The notes beneath the pieces were generated by a model that was given only the letters and a program-made list of their open reading frames with translations, did no database searches and had not been told where the DNA came from. From an uncultured Opitutales bacterium (GTDB taxonomy: Bacteria > Verrucomicrobiota > Verrucomicrobiia > Opitutales > Intestinicryptomonadaceae): a stretch of DNA of 32,000 nucleotides. Within the stretch, counting starts at the first letter, position 1. Every line of letters starts with the position of its first letter. A program made the position numbers and the translations under genes. The DNA lies in NCBI GenBank assembly GCA_934613415.1, contig CAKTSY010000004.1, positions 90,001-122,000 on the forward strand. The letters are read 5' to 3'. Positions 8,517 through 17,900 of this stretch are shown here, piece by piece.

Positions 8517-9508
8517 AATTTGTTTTGGCATTTCTATCGCTTTTTGCAATTTCGACGCGTCTGCTATGGGGCGTCGATATTGTTTGGCCTACGCCCTCAA
8601 CCGAATTTCAAAACGGAGCTTCTATTGAAGCTTTCATTCAGCCTACGGCTTCGGGCATTCCCACAAGCGGTCTTTTTGGAGACGTTCGCAGCAACGGCTA
8701 CAAATTCCACGAAGGCATAGATATTAAACCCGTAAGCCGTGGCAGAAAAGGCGCGCCAAAAGACGAAATTTTTGCCGCCATAGACGGCAGGGTTGTGCTT
8801 GTAAACAAAATTGCTGGCAACAGCGGCTACGGCAAATATGTTGTGCTTGTGCACGATATGCTAGACGTTCCCGTATATACCCTATACGCGCATCTTTTCA
8901 GCATAGACGAATCTATAAGGGTTGGAATGGCTGTAAAGGCGGGAACAACCCTTGGCATAATGGGGCACACTGCCTCATATTCAATTCCCGTAAGCCGCGC
9001 GCATTTGCACTTCGAAATTGGGGTATTGATGTCGCAGCATTTCGAATCGTGGTATGCAAAGCAAAACTACAAGCAAAAGAATTTCTACGGCAACTACAAC
9101 GGCATAAACCTTACGGGCTTCGACCCTATGTATTTCTTCGAAACGGTAAAAAGCGGCAAGCTTACTTCGATGAAAGCATTGATACAAAAAATACCCACGG
9201 CTTTTGTGCTTAGGCTGTATACAAAGCAAACGCCCGATTTTGTGCGCATGTATCCGGAATTGGCAGATGCAAAAAGCACCGAATACGGCTGGGACATTTA
9301 CTTTACCTGGTTTGGAATGCCCATAAAGTTTTCGCCCATTAAAAACCCGCGCGCAGGCGCACGCGAGGGCGATTGCGAAATTGTTGAATACAACCCAAAC
9401 GAGCTTACGCGCAAATGCCGTAGGCACGTTGTTGTAAACAAAAAGGGTTTGCCCGTTCCCACTGCCGAGCTAAAAAACACTCTGCAAAAGCTGTTTCCTA
9501 AAAGGTAA
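8510..9508 (+). CDS. Peptidase M23 (LytM-type) family metallo-endopeptidase with an uncharacterised ~150-aa C-terminal extension
   Basis: N-terminal signal-like hydrophobic segment. Zinc-ligand motifs HEGIDI (HxxxD) and AHLHFEI (HxH), plus GNSGYGKYVVLVH and YAHL. The start overlaps the upstream lipoprotein gene by 7 nt. Confidence 0.8.
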   Translation: MVKFVLAFLSLFAISTRLLWGVDIVWPTPSTEFQNGASIEAFIQPTASGIPTSGLFGDVRSNGYKFHEGIDIKPVSRGRKGAPKDEIFAAIDGRVVLVNKIAGNSGYGKYVVLVHDMLDVPVYTLYAHLFSIDESIRVGMAVKAGTTLGIMGHTASYSIPVSRAHLHFEIGVLMSQHFESWYAKQNYKQKNFYGNYNGINLTGFDPMYFFETVKSGKLTSMKALIQKIPTAFVLRLYTKQTPDFVRMYPELADAKSTEYGWDIYFTWFGMPIKFSPIKNPRAGAREGDCEIVEYNPNELTRKCRRHVVVNKKGLPVPTAELKNTLQKLFPKR

Positions 9509-9535
9509 AATTTTCTTAACACTTTTTGGCAAAAT

Positions 9536-9575
9536 AAAAATCCGCCCCATAAAAATTTTGGTGGCGGATTTTTTG
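9536..9575. terminator. Bidirectional intrinsic terminator between convergent genes
   Basis: AAAAATCCGCC (9536-9546) and GGCGGATTTTT (9563-9573) are perfect reverse complements. The A-tract on one side and T-tract on the other give a U-tail on either strand. It lies between the M23 gene stop (9508) and the UDG gene stop (9613). Confidence 0.8.
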
Positions 9576-9612
9576 CTTTTTATGCAATGCGGAAATTAAA
9601 ATACGGGAAATC

Positions 9613-10524
9613 CTACAGGAAATACCCACGCTGCTTTTCTGAAATAGGCATACCCAGTTCTTCCATAACAAGCATCATATCTTCCCAAACGGTGCGCTTT
9701 GTTTTGGGCGTTGCATACTGCAATAGATACGACGGGTGGTAGGTAATCATCAGCTTTCTGTCCATATAATTGTGCCATCTGCCGCGAACAGCCCCCAAAC
9801 TTTTTACATTGCTTGCCCCCAACAACCCAACGGCAGCGGTTTTGCCCAAAGCCACAATAACCTTTGGGTTTACAATTTCTATTTGCGCCTTTAAAAATGG
9901 CAGGCAATATGCCATTTCAACTTCGTCGGGGGGTCTATTACCGGTAAGCGTAGGCAATTCGGGACGCCAATTCATTATATTGCCAATGTAAACGTCTTTG
10001 CGGTCTAGCCCCATTGCCTTTATTATTTTTGTAAGCAGCTGTCCTGCCCTGCCAACAAAAGGCTCGCCTTGGGTTTCTTCGTCGGCCCCTGGGGCTTCGC
10101 CGCAGAAAAATACGGGCGAATCTATAGAACCTACGCCGAAAACCAAGTTTTTGCCCTCGTGCACGTGCTCCAAACAAACTTTGTCGTTTAGTACAATGTT
10201 TTTAAGACATTCCCACTTTTCGGCTTTTGTGTTGCCGCTAACCTCGAAAGGCGTAGGGTTCGGAATGGGCTTTATGTTAAAGTCTTTTACGGTTTTCACT
10301 TTCACGGGTTTTTCGGTTGAAACGGCTTTGCCCAAATCTACATTCTGCGCAAAATGAACTTCCTCTACGTATTCGTTCTTTGCGCTTTTTGGGGCTTGCG
10401 CCGAATTTTTTGCTATGAGTTTTCTTAAAATCGCCAGGGATTCGTCGTCTACCGAAACCGAGTCTACCCCCTCGCCCTTTAGGCGAAGGAGCTCGGCTTG
10501 AACGGTTTTCAGAATCTCAAGCAT
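9613..10524 (-). CDS. Uracil-DNA glycosylase, family 4-like, with a ~95-aa N-terminal extension (303 aa)
   Basis: Motif A GEAPGADEE, then PFVGRAGQLL and motif B HPSYLL. Collinear with Thermus-type family-4 UDG from about residue 100 onward. The start is 10 nt after the nuoN stop. Confidence 0.85.
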   Translation of the reverse strand: MLEILKTVQAELLRLKGEGVDSVSVDDESLAILRKLIAKNSAQAPKSAKNEYVEEVHFAQNVDLGKAVSTEKPVKVKTVKDFNIKPIPNPTPFEVSGNTKAEKWECLKNIVLNDKVCLEHVHEGKNLVFGVGSIDSPVFFCGEAPGADEETQGEPFVGRAGQLLTKIIKAMGLDRKDVYIGNIMNWRPELPTLTGNRPPDEVEMAYCLPFLKAQIEIVNPKVIVALGKTAAVGLLGASNVKSLGAVRGRWHNYMDRKLMITYHPSYLLQYATPKTKRTVWEDMMLVMEELGMPISEKQRGYFL

Positions 10525-10534
10525 TTATATACGC

Positions 10535-11986
10535 TTAGTAAAAATATATCGAAACAAAGCCGAATGCCAATGTTGCCCCAGTTAAGATTGTAAGCAACAG
10601 TGCCGAGCCTTTTGTAAACTTAAAGTTTTCGGCATTGTCGTACGACTTTGCAAAGCCTATTCTCATCCATGCAAAGTAGTAGTAAATTGAAACTACAGAA
10701 CCGAATATCATAACAGCTACGGGTATATATAAGCCTGCGCCCCAAGCTACCACAATAATCAAAACCTTACCGAAGAACCCGGCCGTCGGCGGTATGCCAG
10801 CCAAAGAGGCTAAAGCTACAACCAAAGCCGACGTTGTAATTTTGTCTTTTTTAAACAAGCCGCGATAGTCTTCAAAATTCTGCAGCGAGTCTTGCACCGT
10901 GTTCGACATATTTATTATGCCGAAAAGCGAGTATGTTGCAAAGGCGTAAGCTACCAAATAGAAGAACATTACAACCATTATCATGTCGTAGTTGGCGGGA
11001 TTTACAACCGCGGCCGCCGCCAAAAGCATAAGGTAGCCGGCGTTTGCCACACCCGAAAGAGCCATAAGCCTTTTTGTGCAAGTTTGCAAAACTGCGGGAA
11101 TATTACCCGCCAAGATTGTAAGCGAGGCGATAACCGAAACGGCAACAAGCACGTTTTGCAAGTTAAAGTGCCCGGCAATGCAAAGCTTTACAACCATAAA
11201 TATTGCAACCGCTTTCGATGCAACCGCCAAAAACGCGCTGGTGGGAGTAGGAGCCGCCTGATAAACATCGCTAACCCAAAATTGGAATGGGAAAGCCGCC
11301 AATTTAAACAACAGCCCCGAAAATACCAAAACCAAGCCCGTGCAAAACAGCTTTGAAGAAAGCCCCAAACGTATATTGTCGAAAAACAGCAAGTCGCCCC
11401 CGTTGAACTTGTTTAGGCTTGCCCCATAGATAAACACAATGCCCAAAAGCAAAATCGCCGAGCTTACCCCGCTTATAATCATATATTTTATGGAGCCGTC
11501 TAGGCATTCTACCGACTTTCTGCTCCACGAAACAAGCGCATACATGCAAATGCTAAAGCATTCTAAAGCTACGAACAAAAATACAAAATTTTCGGCGCGA
11601 GACAAAAGAGAAAGAGCAGCCGATGCCATCATTAAAACGGGAATATACTCGCTTTTATGGTTGCTGGGGTTTTTCGACAAATATCTTACCGCCAAAGCCC
11701 CCGTTAAAACGGCGCACAAATACGCAAAATATGTAAACGCCCCGTATGCGGAAATCATACCGCCAAAAGGCTTTTCGCCAACACGGTCGGCAAAAAACAA
11801 TGCCAATACAAGCGAAACAAGCGTTGCAAGTATAGCCAAAACCGAAACTTTTGCGCACCTTTTTTGCGAAGACACCGCCGAAACAATAAGCAGCAATGCC
11901 GCAAAAACCGCCAGCGAAAATTCGGGCAATACCGAAATAAAATCTCCGCAAGAGGGAGCCATATCTTTAAAAATGCTTAAATTCAT
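10535..11986 (-). CDS. nuoN: NADH-quinone oxidoreductase subunit N
   Basis: 483-aa polytopic antiporter-like protein and the last gene of the nuo cluster. Assigned by order and size (ND2 type). Confidence 0.85.
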   Translation of the reverse strand: MNLSIFKDMAPSCGDFISVLPEFSLAVFAALLLIVSAVSSQKRCAKVSVLAILATLVSLVLALFFADRVGEKPFGGMISAYGAFTYFAYLCAVLTGALAVRYLSKNPSNHKSEYIPVLMMASAALSLLSRAENFVFLFVALECFSICMYALVSWSRKSVECLDGSIKYMIISGVSSAILLLGIVFIYGASLNKFNGGDLLFFDNIRLGLSSKLFCTGLVLVFSGLLFKLAAFPFQFWVSDVYQAAPTPTSAFLAVASKAVAIFMVVKLCIAGHFNLQNVLVAVSVIASLTILAGNIPAVLQTCTKRLMALSGVANAGYLMLLAAAAVVNPANYDMIMVVMFFYLVAYAFATYSLFGIINMSNTVQDSLQNFEDYRGLFKKDKITTSALVVALASLAGIPPTAGFFGKVLIIVVAWGAGLYIPVAVMIFGSVVSIYYYFAWMRIGFAKSYDNAENFKFTKGSALLLTILTGATLAFGFVSIYFY

Positions 11987-11990
11987 AATA

Positions 11991-13481
11991 TTACTTTATG
12001 TTTTGTTGAAAAACCGAAGTTTGCGATAAATCGGAGCTTAACAGCGTTGTAACCGATTTCGGGAAAAACCCTACAAAAAGCAAGGCCAACAATAAAACTA
12101 TGGCAGGCAGCTTTTCCAGTGTAGAAATGTCGCTTACCGAATCGTATTGGGGTTTTGCAGGGCCAAAGAAAACCCTTGCAACAGCCCTTAACCCGTAAAT
12201 TGCCGAAATAATCAAGCCCAAGGCCGCTATTGCGCAATAGATTTTATTGTAGCCGAACAAGGCCGTAAATACGCCAAGTTCGCCCCAGAAATTTGCAAAG
12301 CCTGGCAAACCTATACCCGCCAAAACAGCGGCAAGGAAAAATGCGCACAGTACCGGAGCTTTCGAAATCAAGCCGCCCATATCGTCCATATCCGACGTTT
12401 TTGCCTTGTTTATTATTATGTTCGAAATGTAGAACAAAAGCGCAATGCTAAGGCCGTGGCCAAACGCAAACAAGGCGGCAGCCCCTACTCCCAATACGCT
12501 TAATGTAGACAAGCCCAACATACACATACCTATGTGCGAAACGCTCGAATACGAGAACATCATTTTTAAGTCGCCCTGAGCCATTGTTAAAACGCCTATT
12601 AAAACAACGTTGAACAAAGCAGCCAACGCCACATAGCCCATATATTCGTTGGCAGCCCACGGCAACGCGGGTATTACCAACTGCAAGAGCATATAAAAAC
12701 CGAATTTTTTAAGCACGCCCGCGTGCATCATCGAAAACGCCGTGGGGGCTGCAGTGTAGCCTTTAAATGCCCAAGAGTGGAACGGGAATACCGAAATTAA
12801 AATTCCGAAACCCACAACGCAAAGCGAGAACACAAGGCCCGAGGCATCTTTTGCGTTTGCCAGTTGCGCCGTGCTTGCCGAAATCAAGTCGCCAATATTA
12901 AAGCTTTGCGCGCCCGAAAACAGGAACAAAGCCACAATGCCAACCAGCGAAATCAGTGCGCCCAAAGTAAGGTATATTGCCATTTGCATTGCCGCGCTGC
13001 GACGCCCTTCGCTACCCCAGTAAACCGTAGCCAAAAATGTGGGCACCATTGCAAATTCGTGGAATATGTATGCAAAAAGCATATTCATACTTGCAAACAT
13101 ACCAAGCAAGCCGCAAAGAGCCGCCATAATCAACGCCATATACGACTTGTAGTTTTTAACCATATCGGTTTTTGTGCCTAACACCGCCGCAAAACCAACA
13201 ATGGCAGCCATTGCAAACATTATGCAGCTTACGCCGTTAAGCCCAAAAACGGGCAGCGGGAGTTTTTCGGTGCTAAATTCGTACGAAGTAAACGCAAAGC
13301 CCTTTAGCGACTGCGTGTAGTATGCACACCACAATATTGCTGCCGAAACCATTGCATAGCCGCTTGCCAGCAACGCCGCGCCTTTTGCAACGCGTTTTGG
13401 CATTGTAGGCCAAAGCAGCATTGCCAATAGTGCCAATACGGGAGCGGCAACCGAAGTTGTAAGTAAAATCGAGTAGTTCAT
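11991..13481 (-). CDS. nuoM: NADH-quinone oxidoreductase subunit M
   Basis: 496-aa polytopic antiporter-like protein (ND4 type) lying between nuoL and nuoN. Confidence 0.85.
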   Translation of the reverse strand: MNYSILLTTSVAAPVLALLAMLLWPTMPKRVAKGAALLASGYAMVSAAILWCAYYTQSLKGFAFTSYEFSTEKLPLPVFGLNGVSCIMFAMAAIVGFAAVLGTKTDMVKNYKSYMALIMAALCGLLGMFASMNMLFAYIFHEFAMVPTFLATVYWGSEGRRSAAMQMAIYLTLGALISLVGIVALFLFSGAQSFNIGDLISASTAQLANAKDASGLVFSLCVVGFGILISVFPFHSWAFKGYTAAPTAFSMMHAGVLKKFGFYMLLQLVIPALPWAANEYMGYVALAALFNVVLIGVLTMAQGDLKMMFSYSSVSHIGMCMLGLSTLSVLGVGAAALFAFGHGLSIALLFYISNIIINKAKTSDMDDMGGLISKAPVLCAFFLAAVLAGIGLPGFANFWGELGVFTALFGYNKIYCAIAALGLIISAIYGLRAVARVFFGPAKPQYDSVSDISTLEKLPAIVLLLALLFVGFFPKSVTTLLSSDLSQTSVFQQNIK

Positions 13482-13482
13482 A

Positions 13483-15387
13483 TTAGTAAATCAAAATTCC
13501 GAAGATTAACGCAATACCTGCAAGTATCCACCAAATATTGGCACTGCACTGCGCCAAATACAGCTTTTTAATGGGATATGCAATCAATGCCAAAATTCCC
13601 GCACTGCCCCTAACAATAAGGCCTTCTATAAGCAGCAGGTCTAAAATGTTAAGCAATTCGGCAACGCGCTGTTGAACTTTTGTAATGTAATAGTAGTAAA
13701 CAATATCGAAATAGCCGTGCATTTCTATTTGCTTGTACAACCACGGAGTTTTTTCGTAAAGGGTATCTTTGCCCTTTCCGTATAAAACATACGAAATTGC
13801 AAGGCCTACCAATGTGCAGACAAGCGTAATCCATTCAAAAGTGTGAACTTGGCTTATGGCCTCAAATGCTTCGCGCTGCTGCAAATACGCTTTGCTTATA
13901 AAGTCTATTGCGTTTTGCGGAATTATGGAGAATTTTCCGTAAACAACGCCGTAGGCACCGGCAACCGAGTATACTGCCAAAACCAAAAGCGGCAAAACCA
14001 TAAAAAGCGAGCTTTCCTTTGCGTTTTCGGCCTTTTGCGAACGGCTTTTGCCGAAGAACACAAGCAAGCAAAGCCTGCCCATATATACCGAAGTTAGGCA
14101 TACGCCCAAAAAAGCCAAAACAAAGAATGTTAAATTAAACGCGTTTTGCGAATTTAACACTCTTACAAAAAATGCGTTTATAATTGTGTCTTTACTATAG
14201 TAGCCTGCAAAGAAGGGAATTGCTATAATCGACAACGTAGCCAAAATTGCGGTTAAACTTGTTAGCGGCATTTTCTTAAAAAGACCGCCCATTTTAAACA
14301 TATCCTGCTCGTGGTGGCATGCGTGAATTATAGAACCCGCGCAAAGGAACAAAGCCGCCTTAAAGAATGCGTGCATTGTCAAGTGCAGCATTGCAACGCC
14401 GTAGCAGCCCAAGCCTATAGCCATTGCCATAAGCCCCAAGTGCGAAAGCGTAGAATAAGCCAAAGTCTTTTTTATGTCTTTTTGCCCCAAAGCCCAAATG
14501 CCGGCAAAGAACGCCATAAAGGTTGCCAAAACCAAAACTGTGTCTAACACAGTGTTTGTAAGCATACCGCACAAGCCCAATTTTGCCATCATATATATAC
14601 CTGCTGCAACCATTGTTGCCGCGTGTATCAAAGCCGAAACGGGAGTCGGGCCCGCCATAGCGTCGGTAAGCCAAACCTGCAGGGGGAACTGCGCACTTTT
14701 ACCCAAAAAGCCGCACATTAAAAGCAAGCCAATGCCGGTAACTGCTTTGCTTGGGTCGGCCGTTAAAATTTGGCTAAGGGCATCAAAATTTGTTGTGCCG
14801 AAATTGTACCAGCACCAAATTATACCAAGCAAAAAGCCAAAGTCGCCCACCCTGTTGGCAATAAACGCCTTTTTAGACGCCTTCATTGCAACAACCGTAT
14901 CGCTATAATGGGCAATCAAAGAATACGAGCTAAAGCCTACAAATTCCCAAAAGATGAACATCATAAGCAAATTGCCCGAAAGCACAATGCCCGTCATCGA
15001 GAACATAAAAAAGCTCAATCCCGTAAAGAATCTGCCGCGGGCCTTGTCGTCGTCCATATAGCCGAGACTGAATATGTGAATTAAAAAGCCTACAAAGCTT
15101 ACAACAAACATCATATTCATAGCCGTATCGTTAAAGCAAAACGATATGGGAACGCTAAACGAACCTAGGCTAAAAATATCGTATTGGGTTTTTGTAAGAA
15201 AGAAGTCTACCGTTTTTGCATTGCAGATTGCAAAAAGCGAAACAACCATGCACAGGAACGCCGACACGCACGAAATTGCGGGGGCAGCCCAGCGGCCCTT
15301 TCTGAAAAACAAGGCGCACACTACCGCCGAAACCAACGGGCAAAGCAGTATAAACGCCAAACTGTATTGCGGGTTAAAAATATTCAT
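13483..15387 (-). CDS. nuoL: NADH-quinone oxidoreductase subunit L
   Basis: 634-aa antiporter-like protein with the long C-terminal extension (lateral helix plus final TM) typical of NuoL/ND5. Confidence 0.88.
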   Translation of the reverse strand: MNIFNPQYSLAFILLCPLVSAVVCALFFRKGRWAAPAISCVSAFLCMVVSLFAICNAKTVDFFLTKTQYDIFSLGSFSVPISFCFNDTAMNMMFVVSFVGFLIHIFSLGYMDDDKARGRFFTGLSFFMFSMTGIVLSGNLLMMFIFWEFVGFSSYSLIAHYSDTVVAMKASKKAFIANRVGDFGFLLGIIWCWYNFGTTNFDALSQILTADPSKAVTGIGLLLMCGFLGKSAQFPLQVWLTDAMAGPTPVSALIHAATMVAAGIYMMAKLGLCGMLTNTVLDTVLVLATFMAFFAGIWALGQKDIKKTLAYSTLSHLGLMAMAIGLGCYGVAMLHLTMHAFFKAALFLCAGSIIHACHHEQDMFKMGGLFKKMPLTSLTAILATLSIIAIPFFAGYYSKDTIINAFFVRVLNSQNAFNLTFFVLAFLGVCLTSVYMGRLCLLVFFGKSRSQKAENAKESSLFMVLPLLVLAVYSVAGAYGVVYGKFSIIPQNAIDFISKAYLQQREAFEAISQVHTFEWITLVCTLVGLAISYVLYGKGKDTLYEKTPWLYKQIEMHGYFDIVYYYYITKVQQRVAELLNILDLLLIEGLIVRGSAGILALIAYPIKKLYLAQCSANIWWILAGIALIFGILIY

Positions 15388-15393
15388 AAAAAG

Positions 15394-15708
15394 CTACTCT
15401 CTTTTCGAATTCAGCTCGTCTGTAAAGGGCTGTTGTTTAAGTTTAAATCTTTGAATAATCACGGCAAGGGCAACTGCAACTTCGCAGGCGCCAACCGCCA
15501 AAATCAACAACGCAAAAACACAGCCGTCGGCATGCGCATATTGCGCCGAAAACGACATTGCCAGCAAGGCCGCCGCGCACAACATCATTTCTATGCACAT
15601 AAAAACAACAACAAGGTTCTTTTTAAACATTGCGCCAATTAGCCCCGAAGCAAAAAGCATTAAGGCGGGCAGCACAAATTGGTTATATTCCAAAATAGCG
15701 TTTTCCAT
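15394..15708 (-). CDS. nuoK: NADH-quinone oxidoreductase subunit K
   Basis: 104 aa with three hydrophobic helices and membrane-embedded Glu residues (CIEMM, ACEVAV). Positioned between nuoJ and nuoL. Confidence 0.85.
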   Translation of the reverse strand: MENAILEYNQFVLPALMLFASGLIGAMFKKNLVVVFMCIEMMLCAAALLAMSFSAQYAHADGCVFALLILAVGACEVAVALAVIIQRFKLKQQPFTDELNSKRE

Positions 15709-15711
15709 AAA

Positions 15712-16221
15712 TTACAGCCCCTCCCTTTTTTGAGAAAGTTTTCTGTCGTCTCTGGCTATTACAATAACCGCCGTCATTGCCGCCAAAAGCAATACGCCAA
15801 TAACCTCTACATGCAAAGCGTATTTTGTGAACATTAAAGCCGCCATCGCCTTAGATGTAATAACATCGGTTGGCACTGCAGCGTAAAACTCGGCGGCTTG
15901 CGGCGCAAAATAGCCGAACAAAGCACAAGCCAAAAGCCATAAAATTGAAATTTTAAGCTTTGTAGAAGGCGGAGTGTTTCTTGAGTCGTCGGCACCCATC
16001 ATTATTATTGCAAACAAGAACAGTACCATTACCGCCCCTGCATATACCATTATTATAAGCAATGCCAATAAATACGACTTTTCCAAAAATGCCAACCCTG
16101 CAAAGCCAAGCATAGAGCACAACATAGACATTGCGGCATTTACATAGCCGTTTACAAACAAAACGCCCAACGCACCGCCTATGCACAGAGCCGAAAATAC
16201 ATAAAACAATAGCGATTCCAT
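15712..16221 (-). CDS. nuoJ: NADH-quinone oxidoreductase subunit J
   Basis: 169-aa hydrophobic ND6-type protein. Assigned by position in the operon. Confidence 0.8.
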   Translation of the reverse strand: MESLLFYVFSALCIGGALGVLFVNGYVNAAMSMLCSMLGFAGLAFLEKSYLLALLIIMVYAGAVMVLFLFAIIMMGADDSRNTPPSTKLKISILWLLACALFGYFAPQAAEFYAAVPTDVITSKAMAALMFTKYALHVEVIGVLLLAAMTAVIVIARDDRKLSQKREGL

Positions 16222-16222
16222 A

Positions 16223-16765
16223 TTAGTGCGCCTCCTTTTCGGCGTTTTCTTTGGCTTTTCTTACCTTTTCCCACTTCATTATTTGGTCGGGCAAAACGCC
16301 GCCTGCTTCGTACAAAGCCGCCTTGTTTCTTACCGCCGAATTTCTGTCGGGGAAATTCAAGGAATATTCGTTTTGCAGAACTATTGCGCTTTCGGGGCAT
16401 ACTTCTTGGCACAAGCCGCAAAATATGCAGCGCAACATATCTATTTTAAATTCTTTGGGCTGCTTCTGGATAAAGGCGTAGGGGCTGTCGGAGGGAATTT
16501 CCGAAGGAGTTACCTTTATGGCCTTTGGCGGACACACAAATTCGCACATTTGGCATGCCACGCACTTTTGCCTGCCGTCGGGGTCTTTTACCAAAGTGGG
16601 AGCCCCCCTATAGTTTTTCGGCAAAGCCGATCTTTGTTCGGGATACGAAAGCGTTACCTTCTTCCTGAACATATTTTTCATTGTTATGATAAGACCTCCT
16701 ATTGTTTGCGGCAGATAAGTCCGCTCCCAAAAAGACATCTTTCTTCTGTCAACAATCATAGCCAT
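16223..16765 (-). CDS. nuoI: NADH-quinone oxidoreductase subunit I (2x[4Fe-4S] ferredoxin-type)
   Basis: Two CxxCxxCxxxCP motifs: CVACQMCEFVCP and CIFCGLCQEVCP. Confidence 0.9.
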   Translation of the reverse strand: MAMIVDRRKMSFWERTYLPQTIGGLIITMKNMFRKKVTLSYPEQRSALPKNYRGAPTLVKDPDGRQKCVACQMCEFVCPPKAIKVTPSEIPSDSPYAFIQKQPKEFKIDMLRCIFCGLCQEVCPESAIVLQNEYSLNFPDRNSAVRNKAALYEAGGVLPDQIMKWEKVRKAKENAEKEAH

Positions 16766-16769
16766 TTTT

Positions 16770-17900
16770 TTAAAGTCCCAATAAAATTATGTAAAAAATC
16801 AAATTCAACAAGGCCAAGGGCATAAGTTTTGCCCAGCTTAAGTTCATAACCTGGTCGTACCTAAAGCGCGGCATAGACCACCTTACCCACAAGAAGAAGA
16901 AAATCATCGCCGCCATTTTTACAACCATTGTAAGAAGCGAAAGCACCGACGAAATCCAACCCCAAGATTCGGGCCATTCCAAGCCCGGCAAAGGATTCCA
17001 GCCGCCGAGGAACAGCACCGCAAACAATGCCGAACCCAAGGCCATATGCCCGTATTCGCCAACAAAGAACAAACCAAACTTAAAGCTGCCGTATTCTGTA
17101 TGGTAGCCGCTAACAAGGTCGGTTTCGCTTTCGGCCATATCGAAGGGCAAACGGTTTGTTTCGGCAAAAAGTGCCGTAAGGTAAATTGCGGCTGAAACCG
17201 GGTGCGTAAGTATAAACCACCAGTTGCCCGATTGGTACAAGCCCAAATCGAAAAGGCTTAGGGGGTTTTTCACCGAAGAAGCCGCAGTCATTATAACGGG
17301 CAAAACCGCCAAGCCAAAAAGCAGTTCGTAGCTAATCATTTGCGATGCCGCCCTTATTGCGCCCTGCTGCGAAAACTTGTTGTTCGACGACCACCCCGCC
17401 ATTATGGGCCCAAAAACGCCCAACGAGCCGAACGCCAGCGCAAATATCAAGCTTGCGTTTACATTCGAAGGCGAAAGCGGCAAAGCCTGCCCGTTTAGCC
17501 ACAATATGCCGAAAGGCACAACGCTTGCCACAATAAGCACGGGCGAAAGAGCCATTACGGGGGCTAAAACATACCAAAATTTGTTGACGTGACTAGGCAA
17601 CGGCTCTTCCTTAAACAGGAATTTTAAGCCGTCGGCCGCCAACTGTGTTAAGCCCATCTTGCGCAAGGCGGGTCCTACAAAGGGAATTGCCTCTACCCAA
17701 ATGATAAGCGTTCTGTTTGGCCCGTATCTGCCCTGAATATAGCCTGCAACCTTTCTTTCGGCGACAACGCTTAGGGCTGCAAAGCCCATAATTAAACCTA
17801 TGGCGCAAAAACCGAATACCACCATAAGCACAACTTTTAGCAGAATGTCGGCGCACGACGCCGATACGCACGGATTAACTGTCGAAATAATGTTATACAT
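16770..17900 (-). CDS. nuoH: NADH-quinone oxidoreductase subunit H
   Basis: 376-aa polytopic protein with the ND1 signature AERKVAGYIQGRYGPNR. The start overlaps the nuoG end by 8 nt. Confidence 0.9.
   Translation of the reverse strand: MYNIISTVNPCVSASCADILLKVVLMVVFGFCAIGLIMGFAALSVVAERKVAGYIQGRYGPNRTLIIWVEAIPFVGPALRKMGLTQLAADGLKFLFKEEPLPSHVNKFWYVLAPVMALSPVLIVASVVPFGILWLNGQALPLSPSNVNASLIFALAFGSLGVFGPIMAGWSSNNKFSQQGAIRAASQMISYELLFGLAVLPVIMTAASSVKNPLSLFDLGLYQSGNWWFILTHPVSAAIYLTALFAETNRLPFDMAESETDLVSGYHTEYGSFKFGLFFVGEYGHMALGSALFAVLFLGGWNPLPGLEWPESWGWISSVLSLLTMVVKMAAMIFFFLWVRWSMPRFRYDQVMNLSWAKLMPLALLNLIFYIILLGL

Noticed and set aside
10892-17000. Long plus-strand ORFs antisense to nuo genes (10892-11356, 11439-12029, 14474-14908, 15184-15642, 16226-16825)
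   Set aside because: All overlap strongly supported nuo coding frames and have skewed R/K/C/N-rich or otherwise aberrant composition. They are shadow ORFs.
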